Assembly (NCBI GenBank): GCA_045660845.1
Contig: JAZREO010000139.1
Span: 1-51,858, forward strand
Reading direction: 5' to 3'
Source of the DNA: Eubacteriales bacterium
Lineage (GTDB): Bacteria; Bacillota; Clostridia; Oscillospirales; QAKW01
DNA: 51,858 bases
In this document: piece after piece, positions 24,831 to 35,194 of the stretch
Layout of the letters: every line of letters begins with the position of its first letter
Numbering within the stretch: the first letter of the stretch is position 1
Made by a program: the position numbers and the translations under genes
The notes under the pieces: model-generated
What the model saw: only the letters and a program-made list of their open reading frames with translations
Database searches by the model: none
Told to the model about the DNA's origin: nothing

Positions 24831-25678
24831 GACATCCTCCGACTGATTTTCTCATTCAGAACCTTGTAAAAACTTTTATTTTGAATTCTCACCAGCTGTA
24901 GCGGGGTATCGTGACGGCTGATACAGACCACATCACCGTCACACAAAGTGCCGATCTCACTGCCATCACATTCCAGAATTGCCTTGATGCGGTCCGCATT
25001 GGCCACCTTAACATAGATTGATCGTTGCGCAGCACCAAAAACCACTGAGCGTGAACCCAAAGTATGGGGACAGATAGGGGTGACGACAATGCCGTCCGAC
25101 CGAGGTTCCAAAATCGGTCCGCCGGCGCTCATGGAATAGGCAGTTGAACCGGTAGGGGTTGCAATGATAAAACCATCGCAAAAATAGTCCAAGAGATCGC
25201 TTTCTGTGTCACCGATCACAATATGCGCAGGCTTACCGAAACGACCACGGATCACCGCGTCATTCAGCGCCACAGTTTCCGAAATAAATTCGGAATTTCG
25301 CAGAATGGATACAGAAAGCATCATTCGATCTGTGCATTCGTAATTGCTTAATATTTGAGGCAACTGCTCAATGTCATTGGGTTCCAGCTCCGCCAAAAAT
25401 CCCAGATGACCAAGATTAATGCCCAGCAACGGAACATGAAAGCGGTTTGCATAGGGTGCTGCTTTCAGCAAGGTACCGTCGCCGCCCAGAGTCAGCACTA
25501 GTCGTGCATCTTGAAAACATTCGGTTGGTGTGCAAAAATCGAATTCTTCTGTTGTCTTAAAATTACAGCATGAAACCGCATACGTATATCCGGCAGACTC
25601 CAGTTGGTCGATCACGCACCTTAAATGGATCAACCCATGATCTTTTTCCGGATTGACGATGACGCCAATTTTATTCAT
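24827..25678 (-). CDS. nadK: NAD kinase
   Basis: GGDGTLL and the NE...D region are present. The start at MNKIGVIVNP follows GGAGG at 6 nt. The longer ORF-track version overlaps tlyA. Confidence 0.9.
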   Translation of the reverse strand: MNKIGVIVNPEKDHGLIHLRCVIDQLESAGYTYAVSCCNFKTTEEFDFCTPTECFQDARLVLTLGGDGTLLKAAPYANRFHVPLLGINLGHLGFLAELEPNDIEQLPQILSNYECTDRMMLSVSILRNSEFISETVALNDAVIRGRFGKPAHIVIGDTESDLLDYFCDGFIIATPTGSTAYSMSAGGPILEPRSDGIVVTPICPHTLGSRSVVFGAAQRSIYVKVANADRIKAILECDGSEIGTLCDGDVVCISRHDTPLQLVRIQNKSFYKVLNEKISRRMS

Positions 25679-26462
25679 GGTTTTCCTCCGTATAAACTGC
25701 CGCGTAAGCCGCAGCAGAGATTGAAATCGTGCTTTGAACATCCTTTTCAAGATAAAGAAGATATTCACGATTCCCGCTTTCGCCGGCAAGTCCGCTGAAA
25801 GAGAGCCCTTTTACACCAAAGCCGCAATTTTCCGCAAACAAAGCCACTTCTTCTACCGTTTTAAATTGCACCTTTCGGTCTGTCACAACACCGGTTTTAC
25901 TTAGATGACGAGGTCCTGCCTCAAACTGCGGCTTGATCAATACGACAGCCTCCCCTGTCGGAGCGAGCGTCCGGTATATCGCAGGAAGAACCGCTTTAAT
26001 TGAAATAAAAGAAAGATCTGCAGTAACAGCGTTAACAGGCTCAGGAAAGGAGCCCGCTTCCAGATAACGGGCATTGGTATGCTCCATATTAATTACAAGA
26101 TCATCCTCTTTGATCGAAGGATGAAGTTGGGCAGTTCCAATATCTACCGCGTAGATCCTGCGAACACCATTTTCCAGTAATACCTGGCAAAAACCGCCGG
26201 TAGAGGCACCAAGGTCTGCAACAGTCTTCCCTTCCCAGGCGAGATCGAAGACCTGATAGGCGCGCAACAGCTTATACGCCGAGCGAGCAACGTAGGTTTT
26301 TCCTTTTTGCAGGGCAATGACCTGATCCTGCTCCGTTATTTCATATGCAGGCTTCAGGACTTTTTTACCATTCACTGCAAAGCATCCAGACTTTACAGCC
26401 GCCGCCGCCTTATTCCGGCTTTCATAGTACTGATTCTTCACCAAATACTGGTCCAATCTCAT
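25671..26462 (-). CDS. tlyA: TlyA family rRNA 2'-O-methyltransferase
   Basis: S4 domain MRLDQYLV......SR..A...V..G.. followed by an FtsJ fold (DLGASTGGF). Confidence 0.85.
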   Translation of the reverse strand: MRLDQYLVKNQYYESRNKAAAAVKSGCFAVNGKKVLKPAYEITEQDQVIALQKGKTYVARSAYKLLRAYQVFDLAWEGKTVADLGASTGGFCQVLLENGVRRIYAVDIGTAQLHPSIKEDDLVINMEHTNARYLEAGSFPEPVNAVTADLSFISIKAVLPAIYRTLAPTGEAVVLIKPQFEAGPRHLSKTGVVTDRKVQFKTVEEVALFAENCGFGVKGLSFSGLAGESGNREYLLYLEKDVQSTISISAAAYAAVYTEENHE

Positions 26463-28324
26463 GCTTTCATTGCCTCAAACTTCCGGATCATTTCGGCGAT
26501 ACTGCCGCTGTCCAGATGACATTCCTTTAGCAGATCGTCCGGTTTTCCGGATTTCATAAAATGATTCTTAATGCCGAAATTACGATATAACCCTCGATAA
26601 TGCGCATTCATCAGTAGATTACCGAGATATTCTCCGATGCCGCCGGTTTGATAACATTCTTCAATAAAGAGGATCCGTTTATATTGGAACAATTTTCTGA
26701 CGACCTCTTCGTCAATGGGATAGATACGGTTTAGCTTCAAAAATGAGACCTGCAGATTCGCCTTACGGATTCCCTGCAGACAGCTCACGACCTGACGTCC
26801 GTAGGAAACTACGCACAATTCCAAAGAGGTTCCCAGCCACTCAGCAGCCGCTTCCGGCTGATCAAAGGGCAGCACCATATCCGGTTCATAGCCCCGGGGA
26901 TAACGAATTGCGGAAATTCCTGTCCCGGACCCGATCTGCTGACGCAAGACCGTTTTCAAGTCGGTATACGAAGTAGGCGAATAGATCGAAACACCGGGGA
27001 TTGGAAGAAGCATAGGAATATCAAAAAGCCCCTGATGGGTCTCCCCGTCTTCCCCCACAATACCGGCGCGGTCAATACACAGGGTCATACTGGCGCCCTG
27101 AAGGGCGAGATCGTGTATCACTTGATCAAAGCCGCGCTGCAGAAAAGAAGAATAAACAGCAAATACCGGCTTCATTCCGTTTTTAGCAAGCCCACCGGCA
27201 AAGGTCAGCGCGTGCTGCTCTGCAATACCCACATCAAAGAATCGTTCCGGATATTTTTTTGAAAACTCCGTCAGCCCGCAACCGGCGCTCATAGCCGCCG
27301 TTATGGCGCAGATTTTTGAATTCTCTTCCGCAAGGCGGCAAAGCTCCCCGCCGAAGATATCAGAGAAATCCGGTTTTACTTTTTGACCGTGCTCACCGGT
27401 CTCTACAACAAAAGAGCTAAGTCCATGAAAATCCGAGGGTTGATCCTCTGCAAAGGAATAACCCTTCCCCTTGATGGTTTTCACATGGATCAGACAAGGC
27501 TTTTGGAGGCTCTTTGCCCGCTTTAAGACCCGTTCCAGTTCCCGTTGATTATGTCCGTCCAACGGACCGAGATAGGCAAAACCCATATTCTCAAAGATAT
27601 TACCCTGATAAAATACAGATTTTAACGCCTGCTTAATTCTTTGAAAAAACCGGTAAATAGCTTTACCAATCAGTGGTGTACCATTTGTGATCCGGCTCAA
27701 GATATCCTTGAAACGGAAATATGCCTGCCGAGAACGGATCTTAGACAAATAATTAGCAAAGGAGCCCACATTGGGTGAAATGCTCATATCATTATCATTT
27801 AAAACAACGATCAGGTTTCCTTGACTTCTGCCGCCATTGTTCAGCCCTTCATAGGAAAGACCTCCGGTCATAGCGCCGTCACCAACCACCGCGATCACAT
27901 AGCGATCCTCTTCCCCGTTCAATTCAGAGGCTCTCAGTAGACCGATTGCCGAAGAAATAGCAGTGGAACTATGACCGGTCTTTAGAATATCATGTTCGCT
28001 TTCCATCGGGTTGGGAAAGCCGGAAAGTCCGTTTTCCTGACGGAGAGATTGGAATTTCTCATATCGACCGGTCAGCAGCTTATGCACATAGCATTGATGA
28101 CCTACATCGAAAACGATCTGGTCTTTTGGGGAGTCAAAAACACGGTGGAGTGCCATCGTAAGCTCAACGACACCGAGATTACTGGCAAGATGCCCACCGG
28201 TGCTGGATACATTGCGAATCAAGCAATCTCTGATCTCCTCTCCCAGAGCAGCAATTTCAGAATAATCCAGATCCTTGATGTCGGCGGGACCTTCAATATT
28301 TTTCAGCAATTGATCCTGGCTCAT
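26459..28324 (-). CDS. dxs: 1-deoxy-D-xylulose-5-phosphate synthase
   Basis: GGHLASNLGVVELT, GHSSTAISSA and VVGDGAMTGG. 621 aa. Confidence 0.95.
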   Translation of the reverse strand: MSQDQLLKNIEGPADIKDLDYSEIAALGEEIRDCLIRNVSSTGGHLASNLGVVELTMALHRVFDSPKDQIVFDVGHQCYVHKLLTGRYEKFQSLRQENGLSGFPNPMESEHDILKTGHSSTAISSAIGLLRASELNGEEDRYVIAVVGDGAMTGGLSYEGLNNGGRSQGNLIVVLNDNDMSISPNVGSFANYLSKIRSRQAYFRFKDILSRITNGTPLIGKAIYRFFQRIKQALKSVFYQGNIFENMGFAYLGPLDGHNQRELERVLKRAKSLQKPCLIHVKTIKGKGYSFAEDQPSDFHGLSSFVVETGEHGQKVKPDFSDIFGGELCRLAEENSKICAITAAMSAGCGLTEFSKKYPERFFDVGIAEQHALTFAGGLAKNGMKPVFAVYSSFLQRGFDQVIHDLALQGASMTLCIDRAGIVGEDGETHQGLFDIPMLLPIPGVSIYSPTSYTDLKTVLRQQIGSGTGISAIRYPRGYEPDMVLPFDQPEAAAEWLGTSLELCVVSYGRQVVSCLQGIRKANLQVSFLKLNRIYPIDEEVVRKLFQYKRILFIEECYQTGGIGEYLGNLLMNAHYRGLYRNFGIKNHFMKSGKPDDLLKECHLDSGSIAEMIRKFEAMKA

Positions 28325-28343
28325 TTACAGCCTCCTTTCCCGA

Positions 28344-29201
28344 TTATTTTTCCCTTTTTCCGATATAATCAGCCAACCAAAGTAAAAAGTCATCATTTCC
28401 TGCGGAATTCACCGCAGCATTCAATTCCTCGCTCAGATAGTCTTTTGCAGCCTCAAGACCGAGAATGGATACAAAAGTAGATTTATGCTCCGCAGAATCC
28501 TTGCCAACGGTTTTTCCCAGTATTTCGCTGGAGCCTTCTACATCTAAAAGGTCGTCCTTGATCTGAAAAGCCAGACCGATATGCTCACAATAGTTTACAT
28601 AACTTTCGTTTTTCTTGCCAGACAGTGCCAAGGCGATCTTGATTGGTGCCAAAAGTAACTCACCAGTCTTGCGGCGATGGAGCTTTAGCAGCTCATCCAA
28701 GGTCAGTGGGCAGCTTTCACCAATTTTATCCAGGACTTGACCATGAAGCATCCCCTGCACTCCAGCCGCTTTATATAGCACCTCAAGAGCATTCAGAAAG
28801 CGTTCAGGTTGATATAAGTTCCGGTTGGAAAGAAGATATTCCATAGAAAAATTCAGGATCCCGTCCCCTGCTAAAAGCGCCATATCAGGGCCGTATTTTT
28901 TATGACAGGTCAGCATCCCCCTGCGATAATCATCGTTATCCATCTCAGGCATATCATCGTGAACCAAGGAATAGGCATGGATCATTTCCAAAGCGACAGC
29001 AAAGGGCAGCGCCTGCTCCACGGGTACAGAAAGCCGGTCACAAAACGCCATTGTAAGCACACCTCGAATTCGTTTTCCGGGTGCAGATATACCGTAAGCC
29101 ATCACTTCGCCAAGGTGGTTATCTTGCGGCAATGCGCGCTGAACAACCGACTCCAGCAACTGATCCAATTGTTTCTTTTTAGTAAGATATTCAGCGTTCA
29201 T
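28344..29201 (-). CDS. ispA: farnesyl/geranylgeranyl diphosphate synthase (polyprenyl synthetase)
   Basis: FARM LVHDDMPEMDNDDYRRG and SARM FQIKDDLLD. Confidence 0.85.
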   Translation of the reverse strand: MNAEYLTKKKQLDQLLESVVQRALPQDNHLGEVMAYGISAPGKRIRGVLTMAFCDRLSVPVEQALPFAVALEMIHAYSLVHDDMPEMDNDDYRRGMLTCHKKYGPDMALLAGDGILNFSMEYLLSNRNLYQPERFLNALEVLYKAAGVQGMLHGQVLDKIGESCPLTLDELLKLHRRKTGELLLAPIKIALALSGKKNESYVNYCEHIGLAFQIKDDLLDVEGSSEILGKTVGKDSAEHKSTFVSILGLEAAKDYLSEELNAAVNSAGNDDFLLWLADYIGKREK

Positions 29202-29403
29202 CCGTCGCTTGCTCCATATCCTGCTGCAAAAAGCGCACCTTCTGCTCTGCCTGCTCCAAGATCTCCGTGCAGTGCCGGCTGAGCTTCATTCCCTCTTCAA
29301 ACAACGCAATGGATTCATCCAAGGGAACCTCTCCACTTTCCAAATTTTTAACGATCTCGCTGAGTTGCTTGATTGCCTCTTCAAACTTCATAGTCTTTTC
29401 CAT
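29191..29403 (-). CDS. xseB: exodeoxyribonuclease VII small subunit
   Basis: 70 aa with FEEAIKQLSEIVKNLESGEVPLDESIALFEEGMKL. Confidence 0.9.
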   Translation of the reverse strand: MEKTMKFEEAIKQLSEIVKNLESGEVPLDESIALFEEGMKLSRHCTEILEQAEQKVRFLQQDMEQATDER

Positions 29404-29407
29404 TACA

Positions 29408-30613
29408 TTATCCCTTTTTAATCTCTTCGACTCTACAGACAGCGTTACCGTCCGTCAGGTGAAGATGAATTATTTCGTCTTTTTCTAATTGATCGACGCC
29501 GATCACTACATCACCATTTTCATTTTGAACCAGCGAATATCCCCGTTGCAGCACCTTCAAAGGACTGAGTGCATCCAATTTTGCAATCAACATCGCAATG
29601 CTGCTCCGCTGTTCCTTTGTCTGCTGCGCGATTCTCTGCTTTAACTGCTGAGTCAGGTGATCCAGCAGCATATACGGCTTGTCCGTAAAGGCACGGGGAT
29701 CTCTCATGATTCTGGCGTTTGCATAGCGTCCCAAAAGATCACGCTTATGCTGCATGGTGCCGGACAGAGCCGTCTGCAGCCGTTTTTGCTGCTGCTGAAT
29801 ATGGCGAAGCAGGTCCTGCAGATCCGGAACCACCAGCTCCGCGGCTCCGGAAGGGGTTGGTGCCCGCAGATCCGCCGCAAAATCGCAGATGGTAAAATCG
29901 GTCTCGTGTCCAACAGCCGAAACGATCGGGGTATTACAATTATAGACCGCCAACGCCAGGTCCGGACTATTAAAGCCCCAAAGATCCTCAATAGAACCGC
30001 CGCCTCTGCCGATAATAACGACATCGACTGCTTCAACCTGCTCAAAATAATCAATACCGGCGATCAGGGACATTGGTGCCTGATCCCCCTGCACAATAGC
30101 AGGATAGATGATCACCTCCGCCAGCGGAAAGCGCCGTCCGGTGATCTGGATAATATCTCGCACCGCTGCGCCGGTAGGCGAAGTAATAACGCCGATTCGT
30201 TCCGGGATCACAGGGATCTTCTTTTTATGGCTTTCTGCAAAGATGCCTGCTGCCGCCAGTTGCTTTTTCAGCTGCTCCAACGCGACATAAAGATCTCCTG
30301 CACCATCCTGCTTCATTTCGGTGATATAAAGCTGATAAACACCGGTCTTTTCGAAAACAGAAATATTGCCCTTTGCCAGAATTTTCATCCCGTTTTCCGG
30401 GCGGAATTTCAACTTCGCCGCACTGGATCGAAACATCACTGCACTGATAATGCCGTTTTCGTCCTTTAAGCGAAGGTAGATGTGCCCACTACCGTGGATA
30501 GTCAAATTGGAGATCTCGCCCTGAACCCATATATTTTTCAGATTCAGGTCCGCTTCCAGCACGCTCTTTAGATATTGATTCAGTTGTGTTACGGAGATGG
30601 CTGCTCGCTCCAT
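29408..30613 (-). CDS. xseA: exodeoxyribonuclease VII large subunit
   Basis: SVTQLNQYLK..LE....NIWVQGEISN (OB fold), IGVITSPTGAA.RD and GRGGGS.EDLW.FN. Confidence 0.95.
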   Translation of the reverse strand: MERAAISVTQLNQYLKSVLEADLNLKNIWVQGEISNLTIHGSGHIYLRLKDENGIISAVMFRSSAAKLKFRPENGMKILAKGNISVFEKTGVYQLYITEMKQDGAGDLYVALEQLKKQLAAAGIFAESHKKKIPVIPERIGVITSPTGAAVRDIIQITGRRFPLAEVIIYPAIVQGDQAPMSLIAGIDYFEQVEAVDVVIIGRGGGSIEDLWGFNSPDLALAVYNCNTPIVSAVGHETDFTICDFAADLRAPTPSGAAELVVPDLQDLLRHIQQQQKRLQTALSGTMQHKRDLLGRYANARIMRDPRAFTDKPYMLLDHLTQQLKQRIAQQTKEQRSSIAMLIAKLDALSPLKVLQRGYSLVQNENGDVVIGVDQLEKDEIIHLHLTDGNAVCRVEEIKKG

Positions 30614-30621
30614 GAAGGCTC

Positions 30622-31014
30622 CTATTTCGCAATACTGCTCAAAACACCGTGGACAAAGCTGCCGGAATCCTCGTCGCCAAACTCTTTTGCCAGCTCGATT
30701 GCTTCATTGACAGCCACACGGTCCGGAATATCCGGATTGAACTTCACTTCATATACCGCCACCCGCAGGATCGCAAGGCAAACGGCACTCAAGCGTTTCA
30801 TCGACCAATTTGCCAGCGCAGGCTCGATCAAAGCGTCAATATCCCCCCATTTTTCCGCAATACCGTTAAAGGTTTCATCGATATAAGGGATATGCTCATC
30901 CAGCTCCTGCTGACGGTAAAACTCCTCCAAAATCGTTTCCTTGCCATCCATCCCCTGATAATTCAGCGCATAGACCAGCTGAAATACGACTTTTCTTTGC
31001 TTTTGTCTTGTCAT
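30622..31014 (-). CDS. nusB: transcription antitermination factor NusB
   Basis: 130 aa with ...W...RL..V..AILR.A.YE........V..NEAIELAK.F. Confidence 0.9.
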   Translation of the reverse strand: MTRQKQRKVVFQLVYALNYQGMDGKETILEEFYRQQELDEHIPYIDETFNGIAEKWGDIDALIEPALANWSMKRLSAVCLAILRVAVYEVKFNPDIPDRVAVNEAIELAKEFGDEDSGSFVHGVLSSIAK

Positions 31015-31655
31015 AACTCCTCCTGTTGATTTTCAATGCAGATACACAATACAGTTCCGCGATGGATCGTTATGGTCGGTGCCGACCCACATGGCTCATT
31101 GCTGACGCCGATAGGCTTTTCTTGCACCAATATATAATGATCCAAGGGATATTTAAACTCCGATAACGATAATTCCACCGGTCCATTCCAAGGAAAGAAA
31201 GAAATATAGCGAAAGTGAGAATTCAGTGTGTGAGTACCCTCATGCAAAAGAAATGCAAGATTTTCTCCGTCATATAGTTTCAGCACGCCGCCCTTTTGAT
31301 CCGCAGTCTCCAGCAGGCATAGGTTTGCTACTGTGTGATCCAGCCGTCCGCCGAAAGGGGCGATCATCCAAACAGAACGATATCCGTCGTTTAGTGCAAG
31401 CTCCAGTGCCAATTCGCTGTCGGTCTGATCTTTCTCCGAGGGGTATAGCAACAAATCATCCAACGCCGGCTTTACCGCCGAATCAAAGTCCCCCAATACG
31501 CGACGCAGAGGAACATCAAATTGCTTCGCCAGCAGGTAGCCGCCGTCCGCTGCGTAATAATCAAAGTCCTGCTCTTCCATTTTTGAGAGGACCGACGCCT
31601 TACTGCGCAGTTCACCGGCAAGAAATATCATTAATTGTTTGCTTTTTTGATCCAA
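31011..31655 (-). CDS. thiN: thiamine diphosphokinase
   Basis: ADGG, LGDFDS, EKDQTDSELA and GGRLDHT. Confidence 0.8.
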   Translation of the reverse strand: MDQKSKQLMIFLAGELRSKASVLSKMEEQDFDYYAADGGYLLAKQFDVPLRRVLGDFDSAVKPALDDLLLYPSEKDQTDSELALELALNDGYRSVWMIAPFGGRLDHTVANLCLLETADQKGGVLKLYDGENLAFLLHEGTHTLNSHFRYISFFPWNGPVELSLSEFKYPLDHYILVQEKPIGVSNEPCGSAPTITIHRGTVLCICIENQQEEL

Positions 31656-32527
31656 GGAGTCTCTTCCTCCTTCAAAAATTGATAGATCTGACGATAGCTC
31701 TCATACCGACCAGCATCGATTGCCCCATCTTCAACCGCCTTCCGCACTGCGCAATTTCGCTCATTGTAGTGAGCGCAGTCCTGAAAAACACAATCTGAAA
31801 GAAAGGGGACAAAATCCGGAAAATATTCTGCCAAGCATGTCCGCTCGATCTCATATCCTTCCAGCTCCAAAGCGCCAAAGCCCGGCGTATCACCGATCAA
31901 ACCGTTGTTTGCGGGATACAGTTCAATATGGCGAGTCGTATGACGACCTCGTCCCAGCTTTTGAGAGACTTCGCCGGTGGGCAGTTCCAATTCAGGATAA
32001 AGGATATTTAAAATACTGCTCTTCCCAACGCCGGTATTCCCTGCGAAGATCACCGTCTTATTCTCAAGTGCCGCCCGAAGCGATTCGATCCCTTCACCGG
32101 TGGAGGCGGAAACACAATGTACCGGATATCCCAGCCTTTGATATAACGCCGCAAGCTCCGCAACATTCTCGGTGTCCGGCAGATCGATCTTATTAAAGAC
32201 CAGGACCGGTTGGATCCCTTGGTTTTGAGCAATGATCAACATTTTATCGATAGTAAACGGAAAAGGCGTAGGCTGAGAAAAAGAAGATACATAGCAAAGC
32301 GCATCCACATTAGCCACATTCGGACGGATCATATAATTTCTTCGAGGCAAGATCCGGTCGATTCTACCGGTAAGGTCTGGCAGCGCCAAAATTTCAACTT
32401 TGTCTCCCGGCACAGGAGAAACTCCCTGCTTACGAAAGCTTCCTTTTGCGCGGCAAAGGTAATAGCCCTCCGGGGTCTCAACCGTATAGACCCCGGAAAG
32501 CAGTTTGACGATCCTTCCTTCCATCAT
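31631..32527 (-). CDS. rsgA: ribosome small-subunit-dependent GTPase A
   Basis: OB domain, circularly permuted GTPase (NKIDL...GNTGVGKSS) and a C-terminal zinc knuckle (C..C.H..E..C). Confidence 0.9.
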   Translation of the reverse strand: MMEGRIVKLLSGVYTVETPEGYYLCRAKGSFRKQGVSPVPGDKVEILALPDLTGRIDRILPRRNYMIRPNVANVDALCYVSSFSQPTPFPFTIDKMLIIAQNQGIQPVLVFNKIDLPDTENVAELAALYQRLGYPVHCVSASTGEGIESLRAALENKTVIFAGNTGVGKSSILNILYPELELPTGEVSQKLGRGRHTTRHIELYPANNGLIGDTPGFGALELEGYEIERTCLAEYFPDFVPFLSDCVFQDCAHYNERNCAVRKAVEDGAIDAGRYESYRQIYQFLKEEETPWIKKANN

Positions 32528-34464
32528 CCGTTAGATGCAGAAGGATCAGTCGTAGAGGTGGAAGAAGTTTCTGTATCGGGTACAGTGCCATCATCGGGCT
32601 TTTCCGAATCAGTTCCCGCACCACCTTCGGGGTCCTTCGTATCGGTGGTCGAATCATTGGGGGTTCCCGCAGGATCATCAGGTGTTTCATTCGGTTTTTC
32701 CTTGGGTCCGGCACTGACAACGATATCGATCTTAGTGCCCACCTCGACGCTGGCATCCTTCAAAACGCTTTGGGAAATAACGATCCCTTTATCAACTGTA
32801 TCACTATATTCCGTCGAAACCGTACCGATCTGCAGCTTATTATTTTTAAGGGTCGTTTTAGCGGCGCCTTCGGTCTGACCGGTCAGATCAGGCATGATGA
32901 TAGTCTCGACCTCAGGTTCATCCGGTTCTGTCTCTTCCGGTCCGCTGCTGATATAAATAGTAACCGTTGTATTCATATCGACCTCATCACCGGGCGAAGG
33001 ATAGGTAGAGATGACTCGTCCTTCTTCCATCTCATCATCGTGCTTGGTTTCAATGCGATAGGAAATCTCCTGCCGTTTGAATTCTGCAATAGCATCCGCC
33101 TTTGTAAAGCCCAGAACATTCGGCACATAGTTGGTATCCTCATAAGTCGGTGCATCATTTGTATTGGTGCTGGCAGGGCCTGTACTCACAACAACGGTGA
33201 TCGTACTTTTTTTCTTGATCTGGCTGTTAGCAGCAGGATTTTGGGAGATGATCTGTCCCTCTGTATAGGTATCGCTGGACGCGGTGGAGCCTACAACAAA
33301 CTCAAAAGTATAGCCCTCCTTGGCGGCCTCCAGTTCCATTCCCACAACATTAGGGCAAGCAACAGTCTTAGGTCCGAACAGTTCTTTTTGGAAGACGATC
33401 CCCAGTGCCACTAAAATCAATACCAGGAATGCCGTACCGATGCCGGCAATGATCGGCAACCAGGTGGTCTTAAAATCGGACTTTTCCTCCTCCGATTCAT
33501 CCTCGTCCACCTCATCTTCAGCTGCATCATCCAATTCATTCTGATCAGAAATGAGATTCTCTGCAAAAATAGTAGGAGAATTATCCGCCGCCGGTTCGTC
33601 CATAATAGGCTCAGCGGTATAATTAAACACAATGGTAGGATCCGACTCAAACAAAGCAATATCCGCAAGAATCGATCCGGCAGACTGATACCGCAATGCA
33701 GGATCCTTCATGATCGCTTTCAAAATAATATCCTCTAGTCCCTGCGCCAGATCGGAACGAATCTCGCTAGGCAGATCAGGCTGCGCCTGGACCTGCATCA
33801 ATGCTACCGCAACTGCGGTATCTGCTTCAAAGGGCAGCTTGCCGGTCAACATTTCATAGAGAATAATACCCACCGAATAGATATCGCTACGCTCGTCCGT
33901 ACGATCACCGCTGGCTTGCTCAGGACTGATATAGTGCACAGAACCGATGGTCATATCGCTGATGGTCTGGGTATCGAACTTTGTCAGCCGCGCGATGCCG
34001 AAGTCTGTGATCTTAATGGTTCCATCCTTCAGCAGAATAATGTTATGGGGCTTGACATCCCGGTGGACGATACCACGCTCATGAGCGTGAGACAACCCTT
34101 TGAGGATCTGCTTGATAAAATGGAGAGCTTCTGCGCTGGAAAGAGCACCTTTTTTCTCCATATATTCCTTTAAAGTAATGCCGTCAATGTATTCCATGAC
34201 GATATAAAGAGCATCCCCCTCCAAAGAAACATCATAAACATCCACGATATTTCCATGAGAAAGCATGGTGATTGCCTTGGACTCATTAGTAAATCGGCGG
34301 CGGAACTGCGCATCCGACATAAATTCATCCTTCAGAATCTTTACCGCAACAACACGGTTACAAACTTTATCAAAGGCTTTATAGACATACGCCATGCCGC
34401 CCACGCCGACCACCTCAGTGATCATATAGCGATCATTTAAAACTTTTCCGATGTATTTTTCCAT
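32524..34464 (-). CDS. prkC: PASTA-domain Ser/Thr protein kinase
   Basis: Hanks kinase (VGVGGMAYVYKA, HRDVKPHNI, DFGIA), an acidic linker, one TM segment, three PASTA repeats and a P/T/D/E-rich tail. The start at MEKYIGK follows AAGGAGG at 6 nt. Confidence 0.9.
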   Translation of the reverse strand: MEKYIGKVLNDRYMITEVVGVGGMAYVYKAFDKVCNRVVAVKILKDEFMSDAQFRRRFTNESKAITMLSHGNIVDVYDVSLEGDALYIVMEYIDGITLKEYMEKKGALSSAEALHFIKQILKGLSHAHERGIVHRDVKPHNIILLKDGTIKITDFGIARLTKFDTQTISDMTIGSVHYISPEQASGDRTDERSDIYSVGIILYEMLTGKLPFEADTAVAVALMQVQAQPDLPSEIRSDLAQGLEDIILKAIMKDPALRYQSAGSILADIALFESDPTIVFNYTAEPIMDEPAADNSPTIFAENLISDQNELDDAAEDEVDEDESEEEKSDFKTTWLPIIAGIGTAFLVLILVALGIVFQKELFGPKTVACPNVVGMELEAAKEGYTFEFVVGSTASSDTYTEGQIISQNPAANSQIKKKSTITVVVSTGPASTNTNDAPTYEDTNYVPNVLGFTKADAIAEFKRQEISYRIETKHDDEMEEGRVISTYPSPGDEVDMNTTVTIYISSGPEETEPDEPEVETIIMPDLTGQTEGAAKTTLKNNKLQIGTVSTEYSDTVDKGIVISQSVLKDASVEVGTKIDIVVSAGPKEKPNETPDDPAGTPNDSTTDTKDPEGGAGTDSEKPDDGTVPDTETSSTSTTDPSASNG

Positions 34465-34477
34465 TCTTCGGTCCTCC

Positions 34478-35194
34478 TTATATTTGGATGGCTGCAACGG
34501 TGATATTATCAGCGCCGCCCCTACTGTTTGCAAGATCAATTAACCGTTTCGGCAGATCATCAAATTCGCCGCCGGATATTTCAAAATGTATCTCGTTTTC
34601 GTCCACATTGTTAGACAATCCGTCTGAACACAAGAGAATCACATCCCCCGGTTCGACTGAGATTCGAAAGAAGTCAAAGGAAACCTCGTCTTCAATACCA
34701 ACAGCACGGGTAATGATGTTTTTATTGGGATGAAGCTTGGCTTGCCGCTCTGTCAGATGTCCACTGTCAACCAGTTCTTGGACAGCAGAATGGTCTTTGG
34801 TGATCTGAGAGATGCTACCGTTCTTAATATGATACCCTCGACTGTCACCCACATTGGCCAAATACACAGTATCCCGCTTTGCCAGCGCCAGCACCATAGT
34901 AGTACCCATCCCCATTAAATCGGGATTTTCATATGCTTCATTATAAACGTACCGGTTACTAAGATCGAAGATCTGCTGAAAAGCAGTTTCAATATCAGCC
35001 GGGATCGACTGGGTCATAAAGTACTGGCGAACCGCGTCGATTGCCATAGCACTCGCCTGCTGACCGCCGCGGGCACCGCCCATGCCGTCGCAGACCACCG
35101 CTACAGCGATATCCGATTCCGGCTGGTGGATCCAGAACGCATCCTGGTTTTCCTTTCGCACCATGCCGATATCACTATTACCGACAATCCTCAT
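34478..35194 (-). CDS. prpC: PP2C-family Ser/Thr phosphatase (Stp/PrpC)
   Basis: RKENQDAF, VCDGMGG, LLCSDGL and GGADNITV. Confidence 0.9.
   Translation of the reverse strand: MRIVGNSDIGMVRKENQDAFWIHQPESDIAVAVVCDGMGGARGGQQASAMAIDAVRQYFMTQSIPADIETAFQQIFDLSNRYVYNEAYENPDLMGMGTTMVLALAKRDTVYLANVGDSRGYHIKNGSISQITKDHSAVQELVDSGHLTERQAKLHPNKNIITRAVGIEDEVSFDFFRISVEPGDVILLCSDGLSNNVDENEIHFEISGGEFDDLPKRLIDLANSRGGADNITVAAIQI

Noticed and set aside
24827-25789. Long N-terminal extensions on the ORF track for nadK, and similarly for prkC (to 34539), rplU (to 22593), the HD protein (to 11189), the ACT protein (from 12350) and the orphan (from 14294)
   Set aside because: In each case an internal ATG with a good Shine-Dalgarno at 5-9 nt matches the conserved N-terminus of the family, and the extension overlaps the neighbouring gene or a promoter.
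29657-30469. 270 aa ORF antisense to xseA
   Set aside because: Shadow ORF with an Arg/His/Cys-rich, low-information sequence. xseA on the other strand is full length and motif-complete.
32210-33414. Two overlapping plus-strand ORFs (222 and 214 aa) antisense to rsgA and prkC
   Set aside because: Both lie opposite strongly supported genes. Neither has an RBS or a recognisable domain.
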